The notes beneath the pieces were generated by a model. It saw only the letters and a program-made list of their open reading frames with translations. It did not search any database and was not told the origin of the DNA. DNA of 64,000 bases from Escherichia coli. GTDB lineage: Bacteria; Pseudomonadota; Gammaproteobacteria; Enterobacterales; Enterobacteriaceae. Shown here one piece after another: positions 11,217 to 20,069 of the stretch; positions within the stretch are counted from its first letter, which is position 1; each line of letters opens with the position of its first letter. A program made the translations under genes and the position numbers. Where the stretch lies: the NCBI RefSeq assembly GCF_030013205.1, contig NZ_CP122648.1; one strand, 5' to 3'.

Positions 11217-11933
11217 ATGAAAAAGGCTAAAATACTTTCTAGCGTATTATTACTGTGCTTTTCGTCCCCATTAATTTCTCAGGCTGCGACACTGGACGTA
11301 CGTGGTGGATATCGTAGTGGAAGCCACGCCTATGAGACTCGACTCAAAGTCAGTGAGGGATGGCAAAATGGATGGTGGGCAAGCATGGAAAGTAATACCT
11401 GGAATACCATTCATGATAATAAAAAGGAAAATGCCGCACTCAATGATGTTCAGGTTGAAGTTAATTACGCGATTAAACTTGATGATCAATGGACGGTGCG
11501 CCCGGGAATGTTAACGCATTTTAGCAGCAATGGCACACGCTACGGACCCTACGTAAAACTGTCCTGGGACGCGACAAAAGATCTTAATTTTGGCATTCGC
11601 TATCGTTACGACTGGAAAGCTTACCGACAACAAGACTTATCTGGTGATATGTCTCGTGATAACGTTCATCGTTGGGATGGATATGTCACTTACCATATTA
11701 ATAGTGATTTCACCTTCGCATGGCAAACGACGCTATACAGTAAACAGAACGATTATCGCTATGCAAACCATAAGAAATGGGCGACGGAAAATGCATTTGT
11801 TCTACAATACCATATGACGCCCGATATTACGCCATACATAGAATATGACTACCTTGACCGTCAGGGTGTTTACAACGGCAGAGATAATTTATCGGAAAAC
11901 AGTTATCGCATTGGTGTGTCATTTAAACTGTAG
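11217..11933 (+). CDS. nanC: N-acetylneuraminic acid-inducible outer membrane channel NanC
   Basis: MKKAKILSSVLLLCFSSPLISQAATLDVRGGYRSGSHAYETRLKVSEGW... ending ...SYRIGVSFKL (KdgM-family porin). It lies upstream of nanM and nanS. Confidence 0.92.
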   Translation: MKKAKILSSVLLLCFSSPLISQAATLDVRGGYRSGSHAYETRLKVSEGWQNGWWASMESNTWNTIHDNKKENAALNDVQVEVNYAIKLDDQWTVRPGMLTHFSSNGTRYGPYVKLSWDATKDLNFGIRYRYDWKAYRQQDLSGDMSRDNVHRWDGYVTYHINSDFTFAWQTTLYSKQNDYRYANHKKWATENAFVLQYHMTPDITPYIEYDYLDRQGVYNGRDNLSENSYRIGVSFKL

Positions 11934-11952
11934 TAGACAGGAGACAGTCACA

Positions 11953-13059
11953 ATGAATAAAACAATAACGGCGCTTACTATCATAATGGCTTCATTTGCC
12001 GCAAACGCGTCTGTATTACCGGAAACTCCTGTGCCATTTAAAAGTGGTACCGGAGCAATTGATAACGACACTGTCTACATTGGTTTAGGTAGCGCAGGTA
12101 CGGCATGGTACAAGCTGGATACACAGGCCAAAGATAAAAGATGGACAGCGTTAGCTGCATTCCCTGGCGGACCGAGAGATCAAGCAACCTCTGCATTTAT
12201 TGATGGCAATCTGTATGTGTTTGGCGGCATTGGCAAAAACAGCGAGGGCTTGACTCAGGTATTTAATGACGTACACAAATACAACCCCAAAACCAATAGC
12301 TGGGTTAAATTGATGTCGCACGCGCCGATGGGCATGGCGGGCCATGTGACTTTTGTACACAACGGCAAGGCTTATGTTACTGGCGGTGTTAACCAGAATA
12401 TCTTCAATGGCTATTTTGAAGATCTCAACGAAGCTGGAAAAGATTCAACCGCTATAGATAAAATCAACGCCTACTATTTTGACAAAAAAGCAGAAGATTA
12501 TTTCTTCAATAAGTTTCTGTTGTCTTTTGATCCCTCAACACAGCAATGGAGTTACGCTGGCGAATCTCCCTGGTACGGAACGGCTGGTGCGGCGGTTGTG
12601 AATAAAGGTGATAAAACCTGGCTTATTAATGGCGAAGCCAAACCAGGATTGCGAACGGATGCCGTATTTGAACTTGACTTCACCGGTGATAATTTAAAAT
12701 GGAATAAGCTTGATCCCGTCTCATCACCAGATGGCGTCGCTGGCGGTTTTGCGGGGATAAGCAATGATTCTCTTATATTTGCTGGAGGGGCCGGATTCAA
12801 AGGTTCACGAGAAAATTACCAGAACGGTAAGAACTATGCGCATGAAGGCCTGAAAAAATCATATAGCGTTGATATTCATCTTTGGTATAACGGGAAATGG
12901 GATAAATCGGGTGAATTATCGCAAGGTCGGGCCTACGGAGTATCATTGCCCTGGAATAATAGTTTATTAATTATTGGCGGTGAAACTGCAGGCGGCAAAG
13001 CAGTGATGGATTCAGTTTTAATTTCTGTGAAGGATAATAAAGTCACAGTACAAAACTAA
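11953..13059 (+). CDS. nanM: N-acetylneuraminate mutarotase NanM (Kelch-repeat)
   Basis: An internal ATG after the RBS GGAGACAG gives MNKTITALTIIMASFAANASVLPETPVPFKSGTGAIDNDTVYIGLG..., 368 aa. The track ORF begins upstream, inside the nanC end. Confidence 0.92.
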   Translation: MNKTITALTIIMASFAANASVLPETPVPFKSGTGAIDNDTVYIGLGSAGTAWYKLDTQAKDKRWTALAAFPGGPRDQATSAFIDGNLYVFGGIGKNSEGLTQVFNDVHKYNPKTNSWVKLMSHAPMGMAGHVTFVHNGKAYVTGGVNQNIFNGYFEDLNEAGKDSTAIDKINAYYFDKKAEDYFFNKFLLSFDPSTQQWSYAGESPWYGTAGAAVVNKGDKTWLINGEAKPGLRTDAVFELDFTGDNLKWNKLDPVSSPDGVAGGFAGISNDSLIFAGGAGFKGSRENYQNGKNYAHEGLKKSYSVDIHLWYNGKWDKSGELSQGRAYGVSLPWNNSLLIIGGETAGGKAVMDSVLISVKDNKVTVQN

Positions 13060-13123
13060 CGCTTCAGGGCCCCGGTAAAGGGGCCCTGCTATCAATTTGT
13101 CATTTCAATTACGCGAAATTTAT

Positions 13124-14104
13124 ATGAACGCAATAATATCGCCTGATTATTACTATATTCTTACCGTTGCTGGTCAGTCTAATGCCATGGCGTATGGCGA
13201 AGGACTGCCATTACCGGACAGGGAAGATGCGCCTCATCCCAGAATTAAACAATTAGCGAGATTTGCGCATACGCATCCCGGAGGCCCGTCATGTCACTTT
13301 AACGACATTATTCCACTGACTCACTGCCCACACGATGTTCAGGATATGCAGGGTTATCACCATCCTCTGGCAACGAATCATCAAACACAGTACGGCACCG
13401 TTGGCCAGGCACTGCATATAGCACGGAAATTACTGCCCTTTATTCCTGATAATGCAGGGGTTCTCATCGTTCCGTGTTGCCGTGGCGGATCGGCTTTTAC
13501 CGCGGGCAGCGAAGGAACATATTCAGAACGGCACGGAGCCAGCCATGATGCTTGTCGTTGGGGAACGGATACTCCGCTATACCAGGATTTAGTCAGCAGA
13601 ACGCGAGCCGCACTGGCAAAAAATCCGCATAACAAATTCCTCGGCGTATGCTGGATGCAAGGCGAATTTGACTTAATGACCAGTGACTACGCGTCACACC
13701 CTCAACACTTTAATCATATGGTTGAAGCCTTTCGTAGGGATCTAAAACAATACCATTCTCAGCTTAATAATATTACTGACGCACCGTGGTTTTGCGGCGA
13801 TACCACCTGGTACTGGAAAGAAAATTTCCCTCATGCGTATGAAGTTATTTATGGCAATTATCAAAATAATGTTTTAGCCAATATTATTTTCGTCGACTTC
13901 CAGCAACAAGGTGAAAGAGGACTGACGAACGCGCCTGATGAAGACCCGGACGATTTAAGCACGGGATATTACGGTTCAGCGTACCGGTCACCGGAGAACT
14001 GGACGACGGCACTGCGAAGCAGTCATTTCAGCACGGCAGCCCGTCGGGGGATTATTTCTGACAAGTTTGTAGAAGCAATTTTGCAGTTTTGGCGCGAAAG
14101 GTGA
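13124..14104 (+). CDS. nanS: 9-O-acetyl-N-acetylneuraminate esterase NanS
   Basis: MNAIISPDYYYILTVAGQSNAMAYGEGLPLPDRED... ending ...FVEAILQFWRER. It is the third gene of nanCMS. Confidence 0.92.
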   Translation: MNAIISPDYYYILTVAGQSNAMAYGEGLPLPDREDAPHPRIKQLARFAHTHPGGPSCHFNDIIPLTHCPHDVQDMQGYHHPLATNHQTQYGTVGQALHIARKLLPFIPDNAGVLIVPCCRGGSAFTAGSEGTYSERHGASHDACRWGTDTPLYQDLVSRTRAALAKNPHNKFLGVCWMQGEFDLMTSDYASHPQHFNHMVEAFRRDLKQYHSQLNNITDAPWFCGDTTWYWKENFPHAYEVIYGNYQNNVLANIIFVDFQQQGERGLTNAPDEDPDDLSTGYYGSAYRSPENWTTALRSSHFSTAARRGIISDKFVEAILQFWRER

Positions 14105-14111
14105 GCGTTCA

Positions 14112-14762
14112 TTAATTTGATTTATTCGCATCCATCAGCGCTTTTAACTGCTCCGGCGTAAACGGTGGTTTGCGTCGGTGCAACATCGCATGGCAATTAG
14201 GGTACACAGGCAGCAAATCATTAACTGGATCCAGCTGGTAATCCTCTTTAATGGCTGACAGCGGCACCAGGTGATGCACATGGATAAAGCCTTCAGCGAT
14301 ATCACCATAGATCTTCACCAGATCAACACCGCATACGTTGCACTGGCATCCATGATGTTCGACCGCTTTATCTCGGGCCTTTTTATCGCGTTCATAGCGG
14401 TTTACTGTCACCTTTATCGCCGCACCTTCAAGGTATGTCTCCTGCGACGGCAACTCATCCGGGAACAGAACGTCGGCTATGGGAGCCGCAGCGGCTTTAT
14501 CCAGATGAATATGAAATCCCTGCTCTATGAGTAGCTTGACACATTTAGATTTTATTCCGCCGGTGAAATCCGCAGGGGTAAATTGCGTCCCCGTCATCAA
14601 TGTCGCTGCGATGCCAGCAATCGCCTTCGAGGGGTAACGTCGGCCATGATATTCAATCTCATACAACCGCGCAGGCTGGAACTGATGAGTTTCTCCCGCA
14701 TCCCATAAATGGATAGCTTCGATGATATACCGCCGCGGAAGATGATCAGGGAGTTTATTCAT
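14112..14762 (-). CDS. HNH endonuclease with an N-terminal modified-DNA-reader-like head (type IV restriction-like)
   Basis: 216-aa ORF. The C-terminal HNH core reads CQCNVCG...FIHVHHLVPLS...VYPNCHAMLH. The N-terminal segment YEIEYHGRRYPSKAIAGIA...FTGG...LLIEQGFHI resembles the head domains of McrA-like enzymes; this is recalled, not searched. Confidence 0.7.
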   Translation of the reverse strand: MNKLPDHLPRRYIIEAIHLWDAGETHQFQPARLYEIEYHGRRYPSKAIAGIAATLMTGTQFTPADFTGGIKSKCVKLLIEQGFHIHLDKAAAAPIADVLFPDELPSQETYLEGAAIKVTVNRYERDKKARDKAVEHHGCQCNVCGVDLVKIYGDIAEGFIHVHHLVPLSAIKEDYQLDPVNDLLPVYPNCHAMLHRRKPPFTPEQLKALMDANKSN

Positions 14763-14841
14763 GGAGAATGTCCTTATACGTTCTCAGAACAGGCAGCAAA
14801 AAAACAAATGAGATCAAGGTAATATATCTTCACTTGCAGGC

Positions 14842-15066
14842 TTGAACAGCAGAAAATTTGCGAGCATGATCGCAATTATTTCACTGCCAGGGATATCAAT
14901 AGCTTCCAGTAAATCGCTACAGCAGGCAATTGCCAATATAAAAATCTGGCACAAGGGTGAACAGCGCGCGCCGCATAAGCCATTGTTATTGCTATACGTA
15001 TTAGCGGGATACCTGAATGGACATCCGCGCCTTTTCGATTATTGTACCTCTGAAGACAGAAGATAA
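14842..15066 (+). pseudogene. Truncated N-terminal fragment of a restriction-type DNA-binding protein
   Basis: The 74-aa ORF contains ...IKIWHKGEQRAPHKPLLLLYVLAGYLNGHPRLF... I associate this motif with N-terminal domains of much longer SBD/HNH-type restriction proteins. It stops abruptly at the junction with the CP4-like remnant. Confidence 0.45.
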
Positions 15067-15099
15067 AAGTGAAAACAGGTGTGATGTGGTTGTGACGGG

Positions 15100-15576
15100 T
15101 TAAAGCAGACCATGTTCGGCAAAGGAGAAAACCTGGCTGCCACCGACTATCAGATGGTCCGGCACCCGGATATCCACCAGGCCCAGTGCCTGTACCAGAC
15201 GTTCCGTGATAAGGCGGTCTGCCTTGCTGGGTGTGACTTCACCGGACGGGTGATTGTGTGCCAGCACCACAGCAGCGGCATTGTGATACAGGGCGCGTTT
15301 AATCACTTCACGGGGATGGACTTCCGTGCGGTTGATGGTGCCGGTGAAGAGGGTTTCACCGGCAATCAGCTGATTCTGGTTGTTCAGATACAGCACCCGG
15401 AACTCTTCACGCTCCAGTCCCGCCATGTTCAGAATCAGCCATTCTCGTGCCGCACGGGTGGAGGTGAAGGCCACGCCGGGTTCATGAAGATGGCGGTCCA
15501 GGGTTTTCAGGGCCCGTTGAATGAGGCTGCGCTCGCCGGGCGTCATCTCTCCGGGCAGAAAGGAAAGCTGTTGCAT
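15100..15576 (-). CDS. RadC-like JAB domain protein (YeeS/YfjY/YkfG family, CP4-type prophage)
   Basis: MQQLSFLPGEMTPGERSLIQRALKTLDRHLHEPG...AHNHPSGEVTPSKADRLITERL... contains the JAMM motif HNHPSG. The track ORF starts 5 codons earlier. Confidence 0.88.
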   Translation of the reverse strand: MQQLSFLPGEMTPGERSLIQRALKTLDRHLHEPGVAFTSTRAAREWLILNMAGLEREEFRVLYLNNQNQLIAGETLFTGTINRTEVHPREVIKRALYHNAAAVVLAHNHPSGEVTPSKADRLITERLVQALGLVDIRVPDHLIVGGSQVFSFAEHGLL

Positions 15577-15591
15577 TGTACTTCTCTCCAT

Positions 15592-16077
15592 TCAGTCGAT
15601 GATGCGCATAATGGCGCTGCATTCCGGATGCTGCAGGGCGTAATCCCGCAGCCGGTAATAATGGACCGTCATGGCATAACACTCCGTACGACAGGCATGA
15701 TGACTGTACGTCATCAGACAGGCAGCAATGCCGGCAGCTTCCGGACTCATTTCAGCGCGGTTACCGTTCATGGCATTGAACAGTACCCATGTTTCGTCAT
15801 CATCGTCATCCGGTTCGGGTGCCATAAATGCCCCGCCGTTGTTCAGGGTGTACAGATTCCAGATACCACCGCAGTAGTCTTCACACAGACGGTCCATCCA
15901 GCCGAAGACACGGGGCTCCAGGGTCACCCACTGTGGAATGAGGCCAAAGTGCTGCGGCCAGAAGCTGATGCGCTGTTCATCAGGGACGAGGGTGGCAACC
16001 AACTGAGGCTGGTCATTCCCTGATGCAGCGGTTACGGAAACAGAAGATGTGGTGGAATTATGTGAAATGGTTTTCAT
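15592..16077 (-). CDS. Antirestriction protein (KlcA/ArdB-like, YfjX/YafX family)
   Basis: 161-aa ORF with ...WPQHFGLIPQWVTLEPRVFGWMDRLCEDYCGGIWNLYTLNNGGAFMAPE.... This is the typical CP4-type order DUF932, antirestriction, RadC. Confidence 0.85.
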   Translation of the reverse strand: MKTISHNSTTSSVSVTAASGNDQPQLVATLVPDEQRISFWPQHFGLIPQWVTLEPRVFGWMDRLCEDYCGGIWNLYTLNNGGAFMAPEPDDDDDETWVLFNAMNGNRAEMSPEAAGIAACLMTYSHHACRTECYAMTVHYYRLRDYALQHPECSAIMRIID

Positions 16078-16131
16078 GAAATGACTCCTTAAAGGACAAA
16101 TAAATGCGTGGTTTTCAGGGTAATGGCTGAA

Positions 16132-16950
16132 TCAGCGCAGGCTCTCCAGCAGGGTTTCCGCCATCACCCACAATGCGCGGTTGAGCTTAATGTCAGTGTC
16201 AATGCTGTGAATGGCACGGGTATGGATACGTTTTCCTTTAGCGCTGCGACCTGAAATTCCGCCTTTCAGCATATTCTCCTGAATGGTCTGATAAGCACTC
16301 CACAGGTCCTTACCGTAATCCTCCCGGCGTCGTGGCGTCAGAATGTCGGCGGTGGTGACGGGCTGATGTTCGTCACCATAACGGTAAGTCAGTGCCGCCT
16401 GTGCCAGCGCCTGGCGTGCCGGTGGCGGCAGAATCAGCGACTGCATGGCATCACGCTTTTCCTCAATCCGGTCAAACACGCCCACCACCTCGTAAGCCCC
16501 TTCAATGACTCTGTCCACCACATTTCCCCGGTGCGGAACACGCACTTCCCCCAGAGACTGACCACAGACGCATCCGTTCTGGCAGACGAACCTGAAGTAA
16601 CCCGGCAGCATCTGGTAGCTGGAGGTACCGTCATGAGAGTTGAGCAGAATAATTTCAGGGACATGTTCTCCGTTTATCTCTCCGGCCCGCCGCAGACGCA
16701 GCATGTGTTTTGTGTATCCCCGGCGGCCCGGGTCGCGCACACGGGTCTGGCAGGCGAAGAATGGCTGAAAGCCTTCCCGCTGCAGGCTTTCCAGTACGGT
16801 GATGGTGGGGATGTACGTATAGTTCTGGCTTCGGGACGTGTGTTTATCTTCCCCGAAAATCCCCGGCACATAGTGCATCAGTTCTTCGTGTGTCAGCGGA
16901 CGGTCACGGCGTATCTGGTTCGCATAACCAAAACGACTGGCTAGTCGCAT
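16132..16950 (-). CDS. DUF932 family protein (YfjQ/YafZ-like, CP4-type prophage)
   Basis: 272-aa ORF MRLASRFGYANQIRRDRPLTHEELMHYVPGIFGEDKHTSRSQNYTYIPT.... Confidence 0.85.
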   Translation of the reverse strand: MRLASRFGYANQIRRDRPLTHEELMHYVPGIFGEDKHTSRSQNYTYIPTITVLESLQREGFQPFFACQTRVRDPGRRGYTKHMLRLRRAGEINGEHVPEIILLNSHDGTSSYQMLPGYFRFVCQNGCVCGQSLGEVRVPHRGNVVDRVIEGAYEVVGVFDRIEEKRDAMQSLILPPPARQALAQAALTYRYGDEHQPVTTADILTPRRREDYGKDLWSAYQTIQENMLKGGISGRSAKGKRIHTRAIHSIDTDIKLNRALWVMAETLLESLR

Positions 16951-17049
16951 AATTTGCTCCTTATCGGTGGTTAAGATTTACTGGTGTAATAAATGAAAAA
17001 GCCACGTCTCCCGGAGAAGACGCGGCCTGATGGGTGAAATGAATGACGT

Positions 17050-17283
17050 TTATTGTCTGAGAAGACCGTCACTGGCGAGCCGCGTATTAAGCACCTTTCC
17101 GGCATCGGGTTCAGAATTCCGGCAGCGCCAGCGTCGCTGACCTTCCGCGTTGCGGATAACCCGACGGAAATGCATTCCCGGGTCATCCTGGATAAACACA
17201 TTGCGGTAAGCGGTTATGACAGCAACCGCCTGCCCGTATGAGAAAGATCCTTCAGCCAGGACATACTCTGTGTAACCCGGCAT
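17050..17283 (-). pseudogene. CDS fragment of unknown function whose 5' end abuts the IS66 remnant
   Basis: The 77-aa ORF starts 5 bp from the IS66-type terminal repeat at 17288. It is most simply the 3' end of a gene truncated by the IS. Confidence 0.3.
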
Positions 17284-17287
17284 ATCT

Positions 17288-17809
17288 GTAAGCGACTCGT
17301 CAGAACCGTATTGATATTTACTGAGAGCTCAGATCAACTTTCCAGGGCAACAGATCGCGTAACGGAAGCTGCCTGCTGGGCTCATGCCCGCCGAAAGATC
17401 CACGATGTGCACGTCCGCATCCCGTCAGCACTGACGGAAGAAGCCCTGGAGCAGATCGGTCAGTTGTACGCCATAGAGGCGGATATAAGGGGAATGCCGG
17501 CAGAGCAGCGGCTTGCTGAACGTCAGCGAAAAACGAAACCGCTGTTGAAATCCCTGGAAAGCTGGTTGCGTGAAAAGATGAAGACCCTGTTCTTCGGCTC
17601 TGGCCATGGTGGTGAGCGGGGAGCGCTACTGTACAGCCTGATCGGGACGTGCAAACTGAATGACGTGGATCCAGAAAGCTACCTTCGCCATGTGCCTGGC
17701 GTCATAGCAGACTGGCCGGTCAACCGGGTCAGCGAACTGCTTCCGTGGCGCATAGCACTGCCAGCTGAATAACACATCCCCGTCAATACGGCCCTCGCTG
17801 TACGCTTAC
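17288..17809 (+). mobile_element. Internally deleted IS66-family element (about 0.5 kb) retaining both termini
   Basis: The left end is GTAAGCGACTCGTCAGAACCGTATTGA. The reverse complement of the right end is GTAAGCGTACAGCGAGGGCCGTATTGA. The interior holds only the 3' third of a TnpC-like ORF. Confidence 0.7.
17311..17772 (+). pseudogene. IS66 transposase (TnpC) C-terminal fragment with an additional internal deletion
   Basis: ...[40 protein letters not shown]...[22 protein letters not shown]...[13 protein letters not shown]. The segment expected between MKTL and GSGHGGE is missing relative to IS66 TnpC as I recall it. Confidence 0.75.
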
Positions 17810-18010
17810 TTTTGTTCGGACTGCTTATGGCCTTTTTCCACTGGTGTAGCAGGAAAGTTAACCGGCTGCCACCATGAGATGACGTGTAAACCGTGCAGGC
17901 ATGTTTTCACGTGGTGACGCTTTCATTGGGGGTCTACGCCGGAACCCCAATATTGTTCACATACATGAATTTGAAAAACTAAGCGATACTGCTGTCCGTA
18001 CCTTATAAAC

Positions 18011-19369
18011 TTATTTCAACGCTTCCGGCAGCGTCACAATCCACAGTTCACTGTCAGACTCCGGTTTCTCCAGTGGCTTCACTCTGAGGGTCGTTTCAAC
18101 CTGCTTGTCGTCAAGCGTCAGCTTTCCTTCCGCGTTCACCCGATAATCCTTGAATGTCTTGCCCTCGACCGGATGTTGCATCGCCACCTTCACGCCAAAG
18201 TCGTTATCGTTCGCCACCGCCAGCGTTTTGCTGTCGATCAGCGCCAACCCTTCAGCCTTCTCCTGCTGCCAGCCCAAGGAGCGCAGATCAACAACCTGCG
18301 TTTTCTGCGCAAGGGTAATGCCGCGCTGTGACAGGGTTTTCTCATCATCAAACTCCGGATACTCACCCGGCTTGTCGAAGCCTGACAGGTCGCTCGCCTT
18401 ATTGAGATCGACCTCGTAAATCAGGTTACGCATTCTGTTGTTTTTATCTCTTCCCTGTTCGATCAGCAGGATGTGCTGGTTATCGAGCGCCACGATGTCT
18501 CCGATTTTAGCGTCGCTGTTTTTGCTGTAGGCCGCGCTGTCGATAGGATAACCGTACATCGCGGTTTTTCCGCTTGCCGGATCGAAGCTCACCAGACGCG
18601 TAAACAGCGCCTTTTTCTTGCTCTTAGCGTCGATATCCAGCGTACTTTGCACGGCGACAATAATACGCCCGTCCGGCATACGGGTGAGGCCTTCAAAGCC
18701 GCGGTTCGCCTGACGCCATTTGAGGATATTTGGCAAACCGCCCGCAATCGCTTTTTCCCCTTCCGCCGCCTGCGGACCGTGGATTGCCAGGATTTTCCCT
18801 TTACTGTCGATGTTAATCAGGAACGGGCCATACTCATCGCACAGCCAGTAACCTCCTTTACCATCCGGAGTGATCCCTTCCGTATCCAGCCCGCGATTAT
18901 CCCCCTTCAGTCTATGTAACGTGTCGCTGAAGGCCACTTCATTGGTGGAGCCAATCACGTCGCTTGCCAGCGGCAGACCGTTGATCGCGCCTTTATCGTC
19001 ATGCAGAGGACGGGGATCGATGGCCTCCGCTTTGCCGTTTTGTACACGAATCGTCATCAGCAGCGGCGCGAAATCTGGCGTAACGAAAATTTTAGTTTCG
19101 TTTTTCCCCTCTTTCGGTGAATCCGCGTTCGGACCGCGATCGGTAATGGTTGCGAATGTCAGGGCATCGCCCTGTTTACCGGTGAACAGCAGGCCAGAAC
19201 CTATCCCAACCGGAAGGCCGTTCGGGAATGCACTGGCAAATGCGCCGGCGTAGTTCACGTGCGTGCCTTCTGGAAAACTGACGACATAGCGCTCAGCCGT
19301 AGGTTGTGCCGCCAGGGCAGAGAAAGAGAGCGTACAACCGATTAGCACGGGAATAATTTTTCTTTTCAT
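18011..19369 (-). CDS. Secreted phytase-like / esterase-like beta-propeller family protein
   Basis: MKRKIIPVLIGCTLSFSALAAQP... is a signal peptide. The motifs ITDRGPN, DTEGI, NRGFEGLTRMPDG and NDNDF match my memory of the 'esterase-like activity of phytase' family. The track ORF starts 5 codons earlier. Confidence 0.6.
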   Translation of the reverse strand: MKRKIIPVLIGCTLSFSALAAQPTAERYVVSFPEGTHVNYAGAFASAFPNGLPVGIGSGLLFTGKQGDALTFATITDRGPNADSPKEGKNETKIFVTPDFAPLLMTIRVQNGKAEAIDPRPLHDDKGAINGLPLASDVIGSTNEVAFSDTLHRLKGDNRGLDTEGITPDGKGGYWLCDEYGPFLINIDSKGKILAIHGPQAAEGEKAIAGGLPNILKWRQANRGFEGLTRMPDGRIIVAVQSTLDIDAKSKKKALFTRLVSFDPASGKTAMYGYPIDSAAYSKNSDAKIGDIVALDNQHILLIEQGRDKNNRMRNLIYEVDLNKASDLSGFDKPGEYPEFDDEKTLSQRGITLAQKTQVVDLRSLGWQQEKAEGLALIDSKTLAVANDNDFGVKVAMQHPVEGKTFKDYRVNAEGKLTLDDKQVETTLRVKPLEKPESDSELWIVTLPEALK

Positions 19370-19635
19370 ATTGTTAGCATCCATAAAGTGAAGATCACAC
19401 TACACCATAAAGAAGAAACGAGTCAGGAAAATGACATCGAATGGCAACATGCGCGGGCCTGAGGCCAAAGAAATGTAAAACACTGTTGTTATTTGTAACA
19501 ACGGAAACATTTACGGAAATTATTTGTCTTTCTTCGTGATCAAAAATGCTGTGTCTTGTTGGATTGGAGTGATGAGGGCTGCGTTTAGGAAACGCCCTAT
19601 ATTGTACGGTTGCATTATCGCGGTAGGGGTAATGC

Positions 19636-19824
19636 ACGTGTCAGTATGATGAGCTGACCACACTCACGTGGGTGGACTGGTATAACAATCGACGATTGCT
19701 GGAAAGGCAGGGCCATATCCCACCGGCAGAAGCAGAAAAAGCTTATTATGCTTCCATCGGAAACGATGATCTGGCAGCCTGAGTTCACAGATAAAACACT
19801 CTCCAGGAAACCCGGGGCGGTTCA
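19636..19824 (+). mobile_element. 3' remnant of an IS629/IS3411-like (IS3 family) element
   Basis: The frame reads ...YDELTTLTWVDWYNNRRLLERQGHIPPAEAEKAYYASIGNDDLAA*. It is followed by ...CTCTCCAGGAAACCCGGGGCGGTTCA, the right terminal repeat I recall for IS629. No upstream part of the element is present. Confidence 0.75.
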
Positions 19825-20005
19825 CTTAGCCGCGTGTCCATTATTGCTGGATAAGATCAGTCAATAATAGCAGACCAACCACATCATGAGTCATTCTGAC
19901 CGACACATGCCAGAAGCAGAGGCTCCATCCCATTTTATACCTACCTTATAACACTTAGAAAAACAACATGTTAAAAATGTCTATTGGAAACAATTTTATT
20001 TCCAA

Positions 20006-20030
20006 TTGTAATGATAACCATTCTCATATT
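20006..20030. promoter_or_regulatory. Fur box at the fecI promoter
   Basis: TTGTAATGATAACCATTCTCATATT resembles the GATAATGATAATCATTATC consensus. It lies about 40 bp upstream of the fecI ATG. Confidence 0.7.
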
Positions 20031-20069
20031 AATATGACTACGTGATAATTAACTTTTGATGCACTCCGC

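Noticed and set aside
15112-16023. 303-aa ORF on the plus strand
   Set aside because: It is antisense to the RadC-like and antirestriction genes, both of which have family-typical sequences. The composition is Gly/His/Gln-rich and unlike a real protein.
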